A stretch of 63,140 nt of DNA, filler included, from Rhabdomonas costata (GCA_019059605.1; 50 parts of 50 records of this genome joined end to end with filler, not necessarily neighbours in it); one strand, 5' to 3'. Numbered from the whole stretch's first letter, positions 12,764-26,800 are shown. Notes: generated by a model not told the origin, from the letters alone. Translations and numbers: made by a program.

Positions 12764-12997
12764 ACGGACCTGGAGTGGGGCCTGTACCGCGACTGTGGGC
12801 TGGGCGCTGTGCCCCCGGAGCAGCGAGCCCGGCTGAGGTTCTTCGTGGCCACTGACACTGCGGAGGGCCGTGTGGCCGCTGCTCGAGCCCTCGGGGCGCA
12901 CCGCGTGGTGTTCTCTGGGGAGCGCTTCCTGCTCTCTAACACCCCGCGGGGGGTGCAAGCCGCCCTCATGGATGCTCTGCTGCTGGCCTCCTGTCAG
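12764..12997 (+). CDS. Fucosyltransferase-like (GT-B; GT23/GT37/NodZ-type) exon
   Basis: Motifs RFFVATD and AALMDALLLASC are typical of GDP-fucose-binding motifs II and III; cag|...|gt, 78 codons. Confidence 0.7.
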
Positions 12998-14240
12998 GTG
13001 TAGCCCCCCCCCCGTCGCCCACCACTCCCCGCTGCGGCGATTGCTCTTGTACACGATAGATTTTGTTTGTAAGGCCTTCTTTTTTAATCCGAGCAAAAGT
13101 GATTGCGTGGTTGGGCCCACACGCACACGCACACGTACAACGTCATAGGCATATACACACTGTTCTAGTCTTCCCGAGAACAAAACAAAGGGAACAGCAA
13201 AAGACGGACTCACCAAGTGCGTAACCTGCGTGAAGGCAGGACAGGTTTTGCTTTCTGTCCGTCCTTGACGAGTGCATGAACATTTTTATTTCATAAACTA
13301 ATATATTTTAATGTGACGCATAATGACAAAGGGGAGCAAGACAAAATCATGAAAAACTCAATTATTCGAACCTGCTGTCTGGATACCACGCCGTTATGTA
13401 TGATACTTTGTCCCAAATCAAAGGATCAGAGTCTGCACAAGTTCAGAAACAGCGCATTCTAGTAGGCAGTCGCATCGAGCGAGGGGAAAAGGTCATCTAT
13501 GAGTAACCCGACACGTGTACAGCGGCCGGCCACAATGCAACCCCACACACCCCCACCCTTCCTGAATGCTCATGCAGATACGTATCCCTTGCTTGCCAAC
13601 GAAGGTCATCTTGTGGTCCGGTTGTCCGGCTCATTTGTGGCCGCCTGAGGCGCCTTGTACAGATGATTTCATTGCTCTTTAAATATCAGCATCAAATATG
13701 AAGGTTGCAGGGTGCATGGCTGGATTATTTCAAACTTGTCTGGAAATTCTTCCAGCCAACCCCGCATCGTATATCCCATATCTATGGTGACCTTTTGTTC
13801 TTAAAACCCACAANNNNNNNNNNNNNNNNNNNNNNNNNNNNNNNNNNNNNNNNNNNNTTAATTAATTAANNNNNNNNNNNNNNNNNNNNNNNNNNNNNNN
13901 NNNNNNNNNNNNNTGTGGGTGTGTTTGGGGTTGGTTGTCTTTCACTCAGAAGAGTTTCTTGAAGTCTCATCCAAAATCTTTTGAGGGAGGGAGGGAAGGA
14001 ATAGCATGTCGAATTCCGCAATGCTTATGGTGCATTTCTTCCAAAACGAGACAGTAATGATTTCTTTCGGAGGTGGACCTGGTCTTGTCCAAGAGAGTTC
14101 ACCCCAAACCCTCCGCAATGCGGGTTGGATCACGTGCCGCCAGGTGTGCGTGGGGTGATGTCTGGGTCAGGGTTAGAGATCTTCCCCGCTCCCTCGCCTC
14201 TTCCTCTTTGTCTCCGCCTGCTGGTTGGTGCTTTGTCAAG

Positions 14241-14329
14241 GTGGAGCTCTCCACACTGTCCTCGCCCCACCACATTGAGATCAACCCCAGCGAAGTCGGG
14301 ACCGCAGACCGGGTGGTGGTGATGACACT
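14241..14329 (+). CDS. RFC3: Replication factor C small subunit (RFC3/38 kDa type) exon
   Basis: aag|VELSTLSSPHHIEINPSEVGTADRVVVMT matches the RFC3 segment 'IEISTIASNYHLEVNPSDAGNSDRVVIQ' as I recall it. Confidence 0.75.
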
Positions 14330-15510
14330 GTGTGTGCTCTCACACATGCGCGCGCACACGTCTCTAGCTCTCTCTCTCCACTCTGGCCCCTGCTTCCTCG
14401 GCGATGTTTGTCTGCTCAACGGTTGAAAGTACAAGTTGGATGCCGGTTGTGTTGTCATTTTTGTGCGTGGATTCATTGGGGTACTCAGTATGTAGGGTGG
14501 CGCTTGGGGAACCTGCGTGCACGTCCAAAACGCACACTCGGTGAATGCGGTCTCCTTGGAGGTGCTGCTGTTGTCGTCAAAGGGCTTGTCTTCAGCCGTT
14601 GCAGCACTGTGGAGTTCAGAAACTGTAGATAACGGGTTATAAATAACGAATGTACGATCGAAGGCTCCGCTTTGGAGCATTCTCAACTCCCTGAGGAGGG
14701 AAACTCTTGCGGGTGCTGGTTGTTAAATCGGTTGTCAGCTCCACCTGTAAGACACCGCGACGTTCCTTCTGCCCAATCGGCTAAGAGTGCCCATGTTCTT
14801 GTCCTCTCCATCTCCTCATTCTGTGCCTGACTTTCCTCTGCTGTCTCAAGCCTCATCCCGTCCTCCCCACTGTGTGCGTCAACTCGTAGCAACGGAGAAA
14901 AACGCGCCACATGGTTGCTCCCGTGACCTGTTGTTCTCTCAGCATCAAGGAGATCGCGGAGTCCGCCCCGATTGAGACCCAGGGAGGAAAAGGGCATGCC
15001 GCGCTATGCTCGCACTCATTTGCACCCATACCACCCAACCGCACCCACACACATCTGGAATCACAATCCCCATAGCACNNNNNNNNNNNNNNNNNNNNNN
15101 NNNNNNNNNNNNNNNNNNNNNNTTAATTAATTAANNNNNNNNNNNNNNNNNNNNNNNNNNNNNNNNNNNNNNNNNNNNGTGGTGGGTGTGGTTGGTGTTG
15201 TTTGGGCGAATCACGGTCGCTGCACACGTTCAACTGGGTTGCTGTTTCCGAGGTTGCTTTGTTGTGAGACCGCCGGGTTGCTTTACCGGCGGTCACCTTC
15301 CTTGGCAGAAATGCCTGTTTTACCTCGCTTACTCCGACTGCTTCCAGCGGCATCGCCGGCCAGCGCACCCATGTGTGGTCTTGACTGGAGTAAAGTTACC
15401 ACCGTGTTTGCGTCCTCCTGGGAATCCTGAATCCAATCATTAGAATATTACGCGGTGACCCCGCGATCCCTGGCTCCTGCTGAGAAAGATAGGGGGGATC
15501 GGGCTCAAAG

Positions 15511-16245
15511 GTTTCTTACTGCGCGGGTGACTCACGAGAAGGGCCTGGGGGTGGAAGTCGAGGAGTGGGTCAACCGCATTCCCGTTCGGGACATTGAGGT
15601 GGGCTTATGATAGCCTTTGGGACGGCATCGGAGAGAAGCTTTAGGTTTTGGGGATTCCGTGCTGAATGGATAAGACGATTCTGTTGCTCTGTGCTTCCGA
15701 CGCCCAAGTGAATGTATGGCTTTCCAATTGAATTTGCTTTTTTTTTTGCCAATTTTTCCTTGCGTTCCATTTTCCGTTTGCAAGCCCTATTGCGGATTTT
15801 CTCCAGCCGAGGTTTTCACCACAAGGATGATAAACAGTTCTTGTTCATATAGTATGTTTGGACCATGTTTCGGGCTCTTTGATTCTCCCGCGCGTTGCGC
15901 GGTAATACCTTAATTTGGTAATTTTCTTCCGGCCCAGTTAGACGTGCGCTTTCAGTTGATTAGTGTTTTTTCGCCAAAATTTCCGTTTTGTGTCTTTTCG
16001 ATGGAAAGGCACTCCGTCATCACATCTTAAAAACGATCCCTGCGGAGGCGTTGGTATTGTTGGTGGTGGGGTTCAGGTTCCTCGGCAGGAGAACTTCAGC
16101 GACTGCGGGGTCTTCATGCTGCATTACATTGAGTTGTACTGCCTGAAGTCCTTTCGGCAGTACTTCGACGAGGATTCATCTCACCGGGTCGAGCCCCAAC
16201 CCGCACATCCGCCCCCCTGCTCGTCTGCCCAACCTTTGACCCAAG
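15511..16245 (+). CDS. Ulp1/SENP SUMO protease (peptidase C48), exons about 15511-15597 and 16077-16245
   Basis: cag|VPRQENFSDCGVFMLHYIELYC is the catalytic-Cys motif PxQxNxxDCGVF; the upstream exon ends RIPVRDIE|gt in phase 0. Confidence 0.82.
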
Positions 16246-19200
16246 GTGGAAAGGTGGGGGTCACCTATATTCCAACTCAAGCGGTGGCCTGAGGCCTGGA
16301 ACCTCCAAGAAGTGCAAAACAAACCCCAACACACCCAACANNNNNNNNNNNNNNNNNNNNNNNNNNNNNNNNNNNNNNNNNNNNTTAATTAATTAANNNN
16401 NNNNNNNNNNNNNNNNNNNNNNNNNNNNNNNNNNNNNNNNTGTTTTTTGCGAAGTGGGCCTGATTCATATGCCCATGAAGTGGACAAATATCAGCCACTA
16501 TATGGTGTACAACGTGGTATGTGCTTTGGTTGTTGTTGGCTCTGTGAACTTTGGCTTTGGTTGTTAGTGCATGTAAGTAATTTGTTGATGCCTGGGCTTT
16601 GTCGGTGTTGTGGCGTTGGATGTAAGTGAGTTTGATCTTGTTGTTGTCTTTGGATCTTGGTGTTCTGTCGTGCGCTGCTAAATGGTTGCCTGGTGAGTTA
16701 CGTGGGAGTGGATGCTTGTATTGGTTTTTTTCACGTTGTGGTCGGTGTGTGCGTGGGGTTTGATTGTGAATTGGATTTATAGATCAAACCGGGTACGCAA
16801 TTGCTAGCTGTGTTGCAGTGAATTTGGACTTTAAAGTATGCTTGTTCTATGTGCGTGTGATTTTCCGGACGAATATCGCTTCAGTGTATAGGGTAATTAC
16901 AAATATGGCTACTGTCTACTTATATTATTCTATTTACTTTTGCAACCAACATTCGATGCACTTGTTGGCCTGTTTCGTTCATTTCTGGTTAATATACATC
17001 ACCACTACCATCAGGATTACCATTTAACACTGCATGACAGGTGTGGATGGTTCTTGATTTACCACTGGCAGATTTTTATCATGTAAGGCATATACCATCA
17101 CCTATAAGTGGCTAAGTTGAGCCTTTGTCTGACATTCGAGCTTCCTACGGATGGTTTTACCGGTCAGGTCACATTAGTTAACATAGTGTCATACTTACAT
17201 CTACCCTATGCATGTGCACGGGCATGGGTAGTAGTGAATATCTGCATGTTCTAGAAAATGGTGGTTAATCGCCTTCAATAACTGGATCTATTTTGAAATA
17301 ATGTCACCATATGGATCGTTGCGTACATAGGCGCATAAAATCAGAAAGAAATATGGTACATCACCATTGGCCTTCCAACTTAGGTTTGGTCAGAATCTGT
17401 TTTCCGCGGTATATCCGATACAAATGGGCGCGTCAATGTGTCGCGTCAATGTGTTTATTGATCCCTTCTACCGGGAAAACCGGCTAATGAATAAGCTGTT
17501 CCCGCCGGGGTGCCAGGACGATGGAGCTATTCCTTGTGGACCCCGGGTGCGGCACGGCATGGCATGATGCAGGTCCATGGCGGGAAAGCGGATCCCACCA
17601 CCCCCNNNNNNNNNNNNNNNNNNNNNNNNNNNNNNNNNNNNNNNNNNNNTTAATTAATTAANNNNNNNNNNNNNNNNNNNNNNNNNNNNNNNNNNNNNNN
17701 NNNNNGGGGGGGGGTTTGTGCCTCGGCAGCTGTGTTCGATGCCGATAGGGACTAGAGTCGACGTCCTTCATGAATCGTTCCTGCCTTTTCTTCGTATGAT
17801 GGTACCCATCCCTTTGCCTTGCCTGAGAGGAAATCGGGATGCGCCTGATATACTTCTGTGCCGCTCGGGTGGCTTTTTGTCTTGCCCGGTCTCCTCGAAG
17901 TGATTTAGGCAAGACTTCATATGTAACGTGTGACCTTGTGGCATGAAAAAATTCTCATCTTTTTCAGTCCCGAGGCTGAATGAAACGTCCATTCAATTCT
18001 TAATCCTTGCCGTGGACCCGTGGACCACTATAATGCATCACTGCGTTACCTGGGCTATCAATAATAGGTGTAGCATGCCCCAAAATGGCTCTCAGCTACT
18101 CAGAAAGCCTGGTATAACTATCGTACCTCAACCCACTGCTACTGCCGCCACCACCACTATCGAACGTGAACTCCATCTCCAGCATAGAGAGCGACGCAAT
18201 TGTCCCCCCCTCGATTTACGACAGAACTCCTCAGGGAGTGAGATGACCATGCTCTGCCGGGATTTCAGTTGCAAAGTTCCAGGAGGTTTTGGGCTGCTCC
18301 GCTCCGCTGCGCTCCGACCTCAGGTTTTTTGGGGGGGTCACATTCGATAGCAATGCAAAAAAATCGCCATATGAGATGTGGTATTGTTCTTGCGCTGTGC
18401 AGATTACAGTCACCAGACTCCACTCCTCGGGACCTCTGCAGGGATCTTGACCCAAGCGCCAAACTTCCCCGCAACCCAACTTGAGCTTCGGGCTTCGCCA
18501 TTTGTGCTCGCAAACGTCCAACGCGGGCTCTCTGAATGAAGGGCAGAGTTTGCTACAAAAAGTTGCTTTCGGCGGGAATCGGGCGTTTCATCCCACTGAA
18601 AACTGTGTGATGGTTCTTCTTTCGCGCAGCCTTTTCTCTTATTAACTTGAGTTTTTTTGTTTTTCCCACAGCTTTTGCCCTTTGTGTGGGAAGGCGTGTC
18701 TCAGAGCCGTTCGTGGGGAGCTGGGCGGGTTGCTCTTAGACTGTGCTGTTGACCTCAATATTCTTTTCCCGCATCCCGTGCCGACATGTCTATGTTTGTT
18801 CGGGTCAAGCGGGAGAAGTCCACGTATTTCCTTCACTGCAGTCCTGGGGTTGCACTCCCCCCCCCCCCTCNNNNNNNNNNNNNNNNNNNNNNNNNNNNNN
18901 NNNNNNNNNNNNNNTTAATTAATTAANNNNNNNNNNNNNNNNNNNNNNNNNNNNNNNNNNNNNNNNNNNNTGTGTTGGGTGGAACCTCCTCCCGCGCAGG
19001 CTGGGCAGCCTGGGGATGAGACCCTTCCTCTCTTTCAGAAGCGCTGCTGGGAGCCTCTGGGCGGGAGTCCACCAGAGGATGCGCGCCCGTGATATACAGA
19101 AGCAGCCGCATCACTTTCGCGGCAAGGGCTTCCAGGCGGTGTTCCATCTCGCCGCACTAAAACCCATTCCCCCGAAACCAGTGTGGAGGGTTTCTGGCTA

Positions 19201-20433
19201 TTTGGAGAGTTTCAGCATATACTGAAAACGGAAACAGAGCAGCCGTAAGGATTTCAGGCAGATCCATCCGCCTGAGATCCATCCGCCTTATACGGCTGAG
19301 GCTGATGGAGTTGGGCCCAGCATCTCTAATAATGAGGGTGCGTGTAATGGCAGAAAGAGACAGATCTAGGGGGACCTTTTCATTCACAACACGAGAAAAG
19401 CCAGCGAGCAGGCGCTCCAATGATGGCCCAACGCTGCGAAGGAAGGCGTCCAAGGTCCCCAGCCTATGGTGAAGTTGTTCTGAAAGAACCTGCCAAGAAA
19501 AAAAACGTGAGGGTTGTGTGGGCGTGCGTGTTGGGTCGGTGGATGGGTGAGTGCGGAGGGCAGGTGAGCGGTTGTACGAGCACCCGTCTGGAGTACACGC
19601 TTTGAACGCTCCCCAGACTTGGTAAACTGATGCTCATTTGTGCGGCTTTCAAATTTCCGTCCGAACGGGAACGACTCTGCAGAAGTCTTGACACCGAAGG
19701 AAAGTGCCAGGGCGCGTAAATACCCGGCCTTGAACACCAAAAATAGCGATTGTTCGATCCATGATTTCGGTGGAGAACAATTTTTTTTGTTCTGTTTGCC
19801 AATTTTCCACCCACTGGTTCGAGTCCCAATGAAATTCAGGTGCGTCGACGATGCCCAGGGTTTGTAAACACAAGTGTCTTGGACTTCGGCCGCGGAACGT
19901 AAAAGAAAAATTCAGGCGACACGTACGCGGCTACCCCGTCCTGCCAAGTCGATTTATCTCATTTGTTGAGGTTTGCCCCTTTTGGACTCTGTCTTGGACA
20001 CGGGAAGGTTCCTGAACTCCGTGTGGCCTCGAACTCGGTTCTGAACTCCGTGTGGCCTCAAACTTGGAAGCTGGGGGTCGAGCGTTGAGCAGAAAAATAA
20101 CTCGGCACCCAAAGGCAGTGAATCTACACCCAACCNNNNNNNNNNNNNNNNNNNNNNNNNNNNNNNNNNNNNNNNNNNNTTAATTAATTAANNNNNNNNN
20201 NNNNNNNNNNNNNNNNNNNNNNNNNNNNNNNNNNNGGGTTGGGGTGGGTCACTTCCAAATGATTAAATGGTTCCTGTGCGGGGAGATTCCCTGCACCTGT
20301 GATGCGCGTCACCAACCGTGCCCGTGTAAAGAAGAAATAGCACATCTATGATAAGATTACCATATTAATTATGAAGCGTCCAGAAGGAGATAAAATACCT
20401 ACTGAGGTGGCGGAGAGGGTGCGGGATTTGTAC

Positions 20434-21010
20434 CTGTGGCTTCAGGTCGCGATGGACGACCCCACGGCCGTGAATGTATCGAACTGCGCTGAGCAGCTGC
20501 GTGAGCAGCCGCGAAGCCTCGGCCTCGCAGTAGTACTGCTGGGAGCTCAGAATTTTCGGTAGAAGGTCCACACCCTACGCCCCATCCCACACACATGCAT
20601 ACACAGTAACAACCAAAAAGCGGGTGAAAATGGAAACCGCACTTGCAGGGATGGTATTATGGTATTCCCAAAGGAGTTTCGTGTAGTAAACATGGCGAAT
20701 CCATGAGGGCTGTTGGGGCGGGACGTGACGGAAGATGAAATGGCTTTTCTTTTTGAAAAATACTCATAACGAGAACCCAAGGTAACAGCTACCAGCAGTA
20801 ACTGCTACCAATGGGACCCCCCCCCAACCTCCACAGTACGGTACAGGCTGCCAACTCGCGAAAAAAAAAAGTAAGAGAGAATGAGGAGGACGAAGAATGT
20901 GGAGAGGTTGGGGCAACCTCCACCAGCTCTGTGATCAAATAGAACTTCTGGACGCTCTCCAGAAGCTCGACGGAGCGAATAATGTTGGGGTGGTGCAGGA
21001 TCTTTAGAAC
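20434..21010 (-). CDS. CAMK-group Ser/Thr protein kinase, two exons (21010-20918, 20574-20434)
   Basis: VLKILHHPNIIRSVELLESVQKFYLITELVE | GVDLLPKIL...YIHGRGVVHRDLKPQ; phase-0 GT-AG introns. Confidence 0.9.
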
Positions 21011-21500
21011 CTTTTCCGGGGAGAGGAAGGGCGGAATTCCAGTGGAGGGCAAAGGATACGGGATGGGACCCAACACACCGGTTTTGATACGGGGGTCTAT
21101 GCCACGGAAGAAGCGTCGCAATGAAAACGTTGCGCTCCGAAATGATTATTGAATGATCAGTGCCCTCGCCCATCGCCCTGCACCCGAGTTGCGTTACGGC
21201 AAGCATCGGGACAAGTAACGGCGCACTGGCACAAATCGACATTTCTTGTGAAGCAGGAAAGCCACATCAAATGTGAGACATGCCCACCGCGCCACACAAA
21301 GCAGAGCGAACCCACAACGCGCAATGGGTAGGGCCCCCCAACCCCAAAACCAACCTTCCAACCCACCAACCCACCCACCCAAATAGTCATCACCAAAAAC
21401 NNNNNNNNNNNNNNNNNNNNNNNNNNNNNNNNNNNNNNNNNNNNTTAATTAATTAANNNNNNNNNNNNNNNNNNNNNNNNNNNNNNNNNNNNNNNNNNNN

Positions 21501-22345
21501 GGGAAGCGGTGCTGGGTGCAGTAAAGCACTGGCTTTAAACCACTCAGCGCTGCGCACGCAGACAGCCTTCTTTTGCGATCTCCAAGGATGGAAAGGCGGG
21601 CGACCATCGCGGGCGCCCATCGTCAGTCCACTACTGGGAGATCACGGCTGTGCAGTTGCTCGCGGCCTGCGCCTGGGACCTAAAATACGATGATCTCTTT
21701 GAGGTGCAGGCGCATGCAGGAGCGAATGTGCTGCGACAGCGGAAGGGCCTGCCCATTGGGGGGCATCTCTCCGCTGCTTACGTGGAACTAGTTGCGCTAC
21801 AGCGGGAATACCTGTGCGCGTGGCCGGCGGCCCTTGGTGGGCTCCACACAGCCCGCTATAGGAATAACTTCTTCGTGGTAGTGCCGTGTAAAAGAACTGC
21901 TGCTGAGAAAGAGAGTACTGCGGCTAAACTAAAGCGAGCTGAACTGAACTGAGCTGCTGCTTATGCCCGTTGGCTTTGAACGGGCAGGCAGTGTTGCGCT
22001 GTGCCTGGAGCTGCGGCTAGACTGGAGGGGCAAAGCTGCGGTGAAGACCACCTTGGCGTATCTGACGGATTCCGACCGCCAGGGTGAGAGCGGAGACGTG
22101 AGAACCTGGACGGAGTGGCTAGATCCACGTGCGCCTGCTCTACTGCGTGGACTGCTTGCTGGGTTGGGGTCGAAGTTGCTGCGGTACTCGGACTCTGGTG
22201 TTTGAAGCATTCCGGCCTCCATCCTCCAGGCTCTGAAATTTCTTTGACACAGTGGCTACCAGAAGCACCGTTGGTACAGCGCCTTTGGGCGCGAGCTCAT
22301 TAGGCAGGGCGCGCCAATGGGCTGCTTGCCGAAGGAGATGAGAAC
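21501..22345 (+). mobile_element. Degenerate reverse transcriptase, Penelope-like (PLE) type
   Basis: LRQRKGLPIGGHLSAAYVEL...TARYRNNFFVV resembles PLE QxxGLPMGxxLS...YxRYxDD; followed by PVGFERAGSVALCLELRL (motif 6/7-like); stops and frameshifts present. Confidence 0.65.
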
Positions 22346-23254
22346 GGTGCTGCAGCCCAGCGATGGGAAGCGGCTAAGGCGGGACAGTGAATGTCTAGAG
22401 CCCCCTCCTTGATGCGGTGGATGTGAGCAAGAAACGATACGGGCGGGGAAAGTGGTGACACTATTTGTACAGTTCTTGTGTGTGTGGACATGGGACAGAA
22501 ACCAATTGTTCATGACACGCTTTGCTTCTGTCGTCATGTGCAGGTTTTGTTTCTAGTGAAGACGTCCTCTTTTGCCATTTGTTTCCGGTTGGACGAAAGA
22601 GCAACCACCACAGAAAAAAGACAGACCTCTCCTCTCGAACCTCGCTCTATGCAGTCCAAAACAACNNNNNNNNNNNNNNNNNNNNNNNNNNNNNNNNNNN
22701 NNNNNNNNNTTAATTAATTAANNNNNNNNNNNNNNNNNNNNNNNNNNNNNNNNNNNNNNNNNNNNGGGTTTTTGGCTAACGGACCCAGGGGATAAAAACG
22801 AAGAACCGGGTCCAAAACAGACCTCCCCGAAAAGGTCAAATCTGCAAAAACCCGCCCTCAACAAACAGATGCGCAGCCTCAATTCAACAATTTTCGGCAG
22901 TCGCTGCACTGGCAGGTGGTCGGGTGTGATTGCAGGCGCTGCATGTGCCTGGGAACCGCAGGGCAGGCGGAGATTCCTGTCCTGCTGTGTGGTGAACCGG
23001 TGCCCTGCGGCTCACAAAAGGAGTATGGGGATCCCCGTGCGAGAACCCAGGCAGTATGCTAGGGACATCTTTTCTTTTCATCCATCTTTCGGGTCCTCGC
23101 TTTCTTCCTTTCTCTTTCAGCCTCCTGTCCCTCAAATTCAAAATCAACGGCAACGTGTTGCCGGTGCACATCGCTCTGGAGCAGCAGACGAACAGCACCA
23201 AATATAAAGGCATGACAGCATGCGAGGCAAACAAAAACGGAACTGATCGGTCCA

Positions 23255-23810
23255 CCTGCGCAAGAAGTGCTTCGGGCTGATGAGCACGTTGGCTGAGATG
23301 TCCAGCGTAAAGAACCCAGCGCTGAACCAATTGTACGACAATATCGCGCGGCCCAAGATCTTCCGGTGGTACTGCACGTCGTACGTGGCCGCGATATAAG
23401 AGAGCACTCTGGCAAAAAGAAAAAAAGAAGATATGGCCTCCAAGACATCGTTTCCACGCCACCCATTCCCAGATTACATTTGGGGCTTGAGGGAACTTTG
23501 TCCGCCAAACATGTCTCGAGACATAATGGGCGGATAAAGTGCCAGGATTACGGGGGGTCGGAGAGACACGCATTCGTACGCGCATACGCAGAGATGGAGA
23601 AAGTTGCAAACAGAGCGCACCCTCCAAAAGATAAGACCATCAGCAGTACGTTCCACCACGTCCCCCAGTAGCTGTGATGCAGGATGTGGTAAAGCGCGCT
23701 GCGCACGAGCTCCACCGCTGGAGGTCCAGAGGGAAACTTTTCCATGTCCTCGTCGAGCAGCCCCAAGGCCCTCTCCGAATGCGACCTATCCCCCCCCATA
23801 AAAGAAACCT
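23255..23810 (-). CDS. Ion-channel-like membrane protein exons (S1-S2 region, possibly BK/Slo-type K+ channel)
   Basis: RSALYHILHHSYWGTWWNVLLMVLSFG and VLSYIAATYDV...YNWFSAGFFTLDISANVLISPK (the FFxxD pattern of S2); family assignment is tentative. Confidence 0.45.
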
Positions 23811-26800
23811 ATCGACAGTCGTCGATAGCAACTTTGGCTTTAAGGAATTATGTCAGCCTCTGCAGTTGCGGGTATGTGCAGTGGTTAGGCTGGCCTGGTA
23901 CATTGAAAGTGCCAAGTCCAACCCCCCCACNNNNNNNNNNNNNNNNNNNNNNNNNNNNNNNNNNNNNNNNNNNNTTAATTAATTAANNNNNNNNNNNNNN
24001 NNNNNNNNNNNNNNNNNNNNNNNNNNNNNNTGAGTTAGGTGTGTTTGGGTTTGGTGTGGACTCAATGGCATTCAGTTGTTGGTTTTGTACGTCTTTCCAA
24101 TAATAAAGCATTGTTGGACGTATGGAAACGGCATCTACATTGCCTCTGCAACAGGGAAACGATTTCGCTATTCCAATTTTGATATGTAATTTCCTATCAC
24201 CAAGTTAATCAAAGCTTTGAATTGATGCGTGAATTGAGATCCAGTCACAATGGAACGCGGGGTTTTAATCACACGCAAGAAAGTAATCACCTGCAACTCG
24301 ACTATTTTACCTTTCAAACAAACATAGACACTGCCACTGTATTCACATTTGCGACCTTCACGTAAATATTGAGCACAATATGGGATGAAGGAATATTTTA
24401 AATGACATAGGATCAGAATATGTGAGTGATTGGTTTTTTAAATACCGAGAATACACCGGATCAATCTGTGTTGACGAAGGAACTATTGGCTTTTACAAGC
24501 AATCGTACTGGTTGCCGTACTGCATCATACGCATTGCCCGCATTTATGCATGTGTGTAAACGGCTGTTTCCTACCCAAACTCCACAACTCCAGTCAAGTC
24601 AAACCAATTTTTAAACTTTTTACACTATCTTACTCCACGCAAATTTCAGCAATCATTTATATTTTGTTGCCACCATCCCTTCCTCCCAACAATTGCGAAC
24701 CTGAAATGTGTTCACACCTAGAGTGATGTTTGGCGCACTACTTTTTGGGATGTGAAAAAAGCGGACGTTTGCGGAGAAAAAGGTCAATCTATTTTTGGTT
24801 TTGTTAAATAAACATGAATTCCAGGCGGTTACATGACAAAAAAATGTCTCCAGCCTCGTATTATCTACGCAAGAAGTTGCAAAGCTGACTGAGACATATG
24901 CCAACAAAGCATGGCAGTGTCATAAGCATACCACGTCTCTTTAATATGTAGGCTGCTGCGTGTGAGCCTCAGCATGTATCCTGTGAGCGAACTTCCCATG
25001 CTTTGGGCACTCTTCAGACCTACTCAGACTACTCAGACTGAACTCACCACTAAATCCGCTCAAGCACTTTGCATGCGCCAAATAGCAATCTGGTTGTGGC
25101 TCTAAGAATAAATGGATTTCATGAATCACAACCGACAGAAGCACAAACAAAGGAAATCAAAGACCAAACCATTTGATCAGCCTCTACCAAACCCCNNNNN
25201 NNNNNNNNNNNNNNNNNNNNNNNNNNNNNNNNNNNNNNNTTAATTAATTAANNNNNNNNNNNNNNNNNNNNNNNNNNNNNNNNNNNNNNNNNNNNTGGAG
25301 CGGAGTCATCACCCTCAGCCCCCCTCCCTCCACCCCGGGGCTTCATGCCTCGGCACTCTCGCGCCAAGGAAGTGACGGGGACGAAGAGGCCCCCGCCACC
25401 CCCGCCGCTGAGCCGCGGCCACGAGCCCGTGGGCGCTTCGGTCCGATAATCACTCAGGCCAAGTTGGACTACGACCGTCAGGCCTGCGGCATCCCATCCA
25501 TAATATCAAAGAGACCGGAACAGCCCCGTTTTGAAATTTGGGAATCCACAAGAACTACGGTTGGGCTGAAAAGACTCCAAGAGTCGCTACGGTCCACTAC
25601 CAGAGGTTGGGTAGCAGGAGAAGTATTTCTGGTTTGGTTGCGTCGCTTCCTTGTTGAAGTGCCTTGGCTGAACCGCGGAAATGCAACTGGAAACGCCGCG
25701 GGGTTACCACGCTTGTAATATTGATGCGCCGAACCTCCCTGTATTGGGCGAAGGTTCTCCGCTTCCGTGACCTACTTGGGCATGATTAACAATTGGGCAC
25801 TGTCACTGCATCATTACCTTTAACAGCTGCTCGTTGAGGTGGTGATCTTGGGTCATAATCAGGCTAGGGTTCTTTCAAACGTCAAGCTCCCAAGGTTGCT
25901 GGCGGACAGGGTGAACTGGAGCAACCCTCTTTTCCTGTTCCCCGTGTTTCAGCAGTACGAGGACTTCCTTGCGGCGCCTGGAAACCGGCCCTTGGAAGCC
26001 TCCGCAGTCGCGGAGTGGATCTTCGAGACCACCGGAGTCAGGGTTTCTCCTCCCTCCCTCCTTGCCACCGCCGTTTACAAGTCGTTCAGTCTCTAAGCGT
26101 AGAATGGCGACCCTTGCCACACTGAGGCTGCGCAAGATTCAGTATAGGGAGAGCAATGAGCAAAACAAAGAGCAGTCAAAGGCCTAATTTGATACTCACG
26201 CACCATCATACTGACCGCTTGACCAACACACCCAAACTGTCTATCTGACTCGCAATAGCGCAACAAACAAATGCAAATGTTGTTTCCCCACCGATGCTCA
26301 TGCACAGATCCCGCGAACTGCTGTTTGTGCGGATTCCAGTGCATTGTTTCGATCACTTGACGAAAACCATCAAGTCTACCGTACTAGAAACCCGGTGGTG
26401 GCTTCAAAACTGACAAGTTTACCCCCCCCCCCCTAACCCTTCCATCGAAGGGTGGAAAACNNNNNNNNNNNNNNNNNNNNNNNNNNNNNNNNNNNNNNNN
26501 NNNNTTAATTAATTAANNNNNNNNNNNNNNNNNNNNNNNNNNNNNNNNNNNNNNNNNNNNGGGGTTGTGGGGGAATGGTAAAGTTTTTCAGTGGAAAGAA
26601 TTTTCCGAAAAGGACCATAATTTACAAAGCTCGTTGAAGGCCCCCCCCAGGCCGCGTTTCTACGCACCCCAGCCGCCAGCTTCTTAGGCATTAGCCAGCA
26701 AACTTTTGACAAACAAAAATGCTCATCCAAGGAATCCTGACACAGTTCACCTAACCCCCTTACACTTGAACATGGAACATACTTCATCATTTCGAGGGTG

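Noticed and set aside
17768-17992. FFMPQGHT, resembling a transposase GHT motif
   Set aside because: No supporting catalytic motifs are recognisable nearby.
19812-19828. GGTTCGAGTCC T-loop/B-box-like motif
   Set aside because: No T-stem pairing or cloverleaf upstream; not a tRNA.
20007-20065. Tandem duplication of about 29 bp (ctgaactccgtgtggcctc)
   Set aside because: Only two copies and no spacer; an ordinary local duplication.
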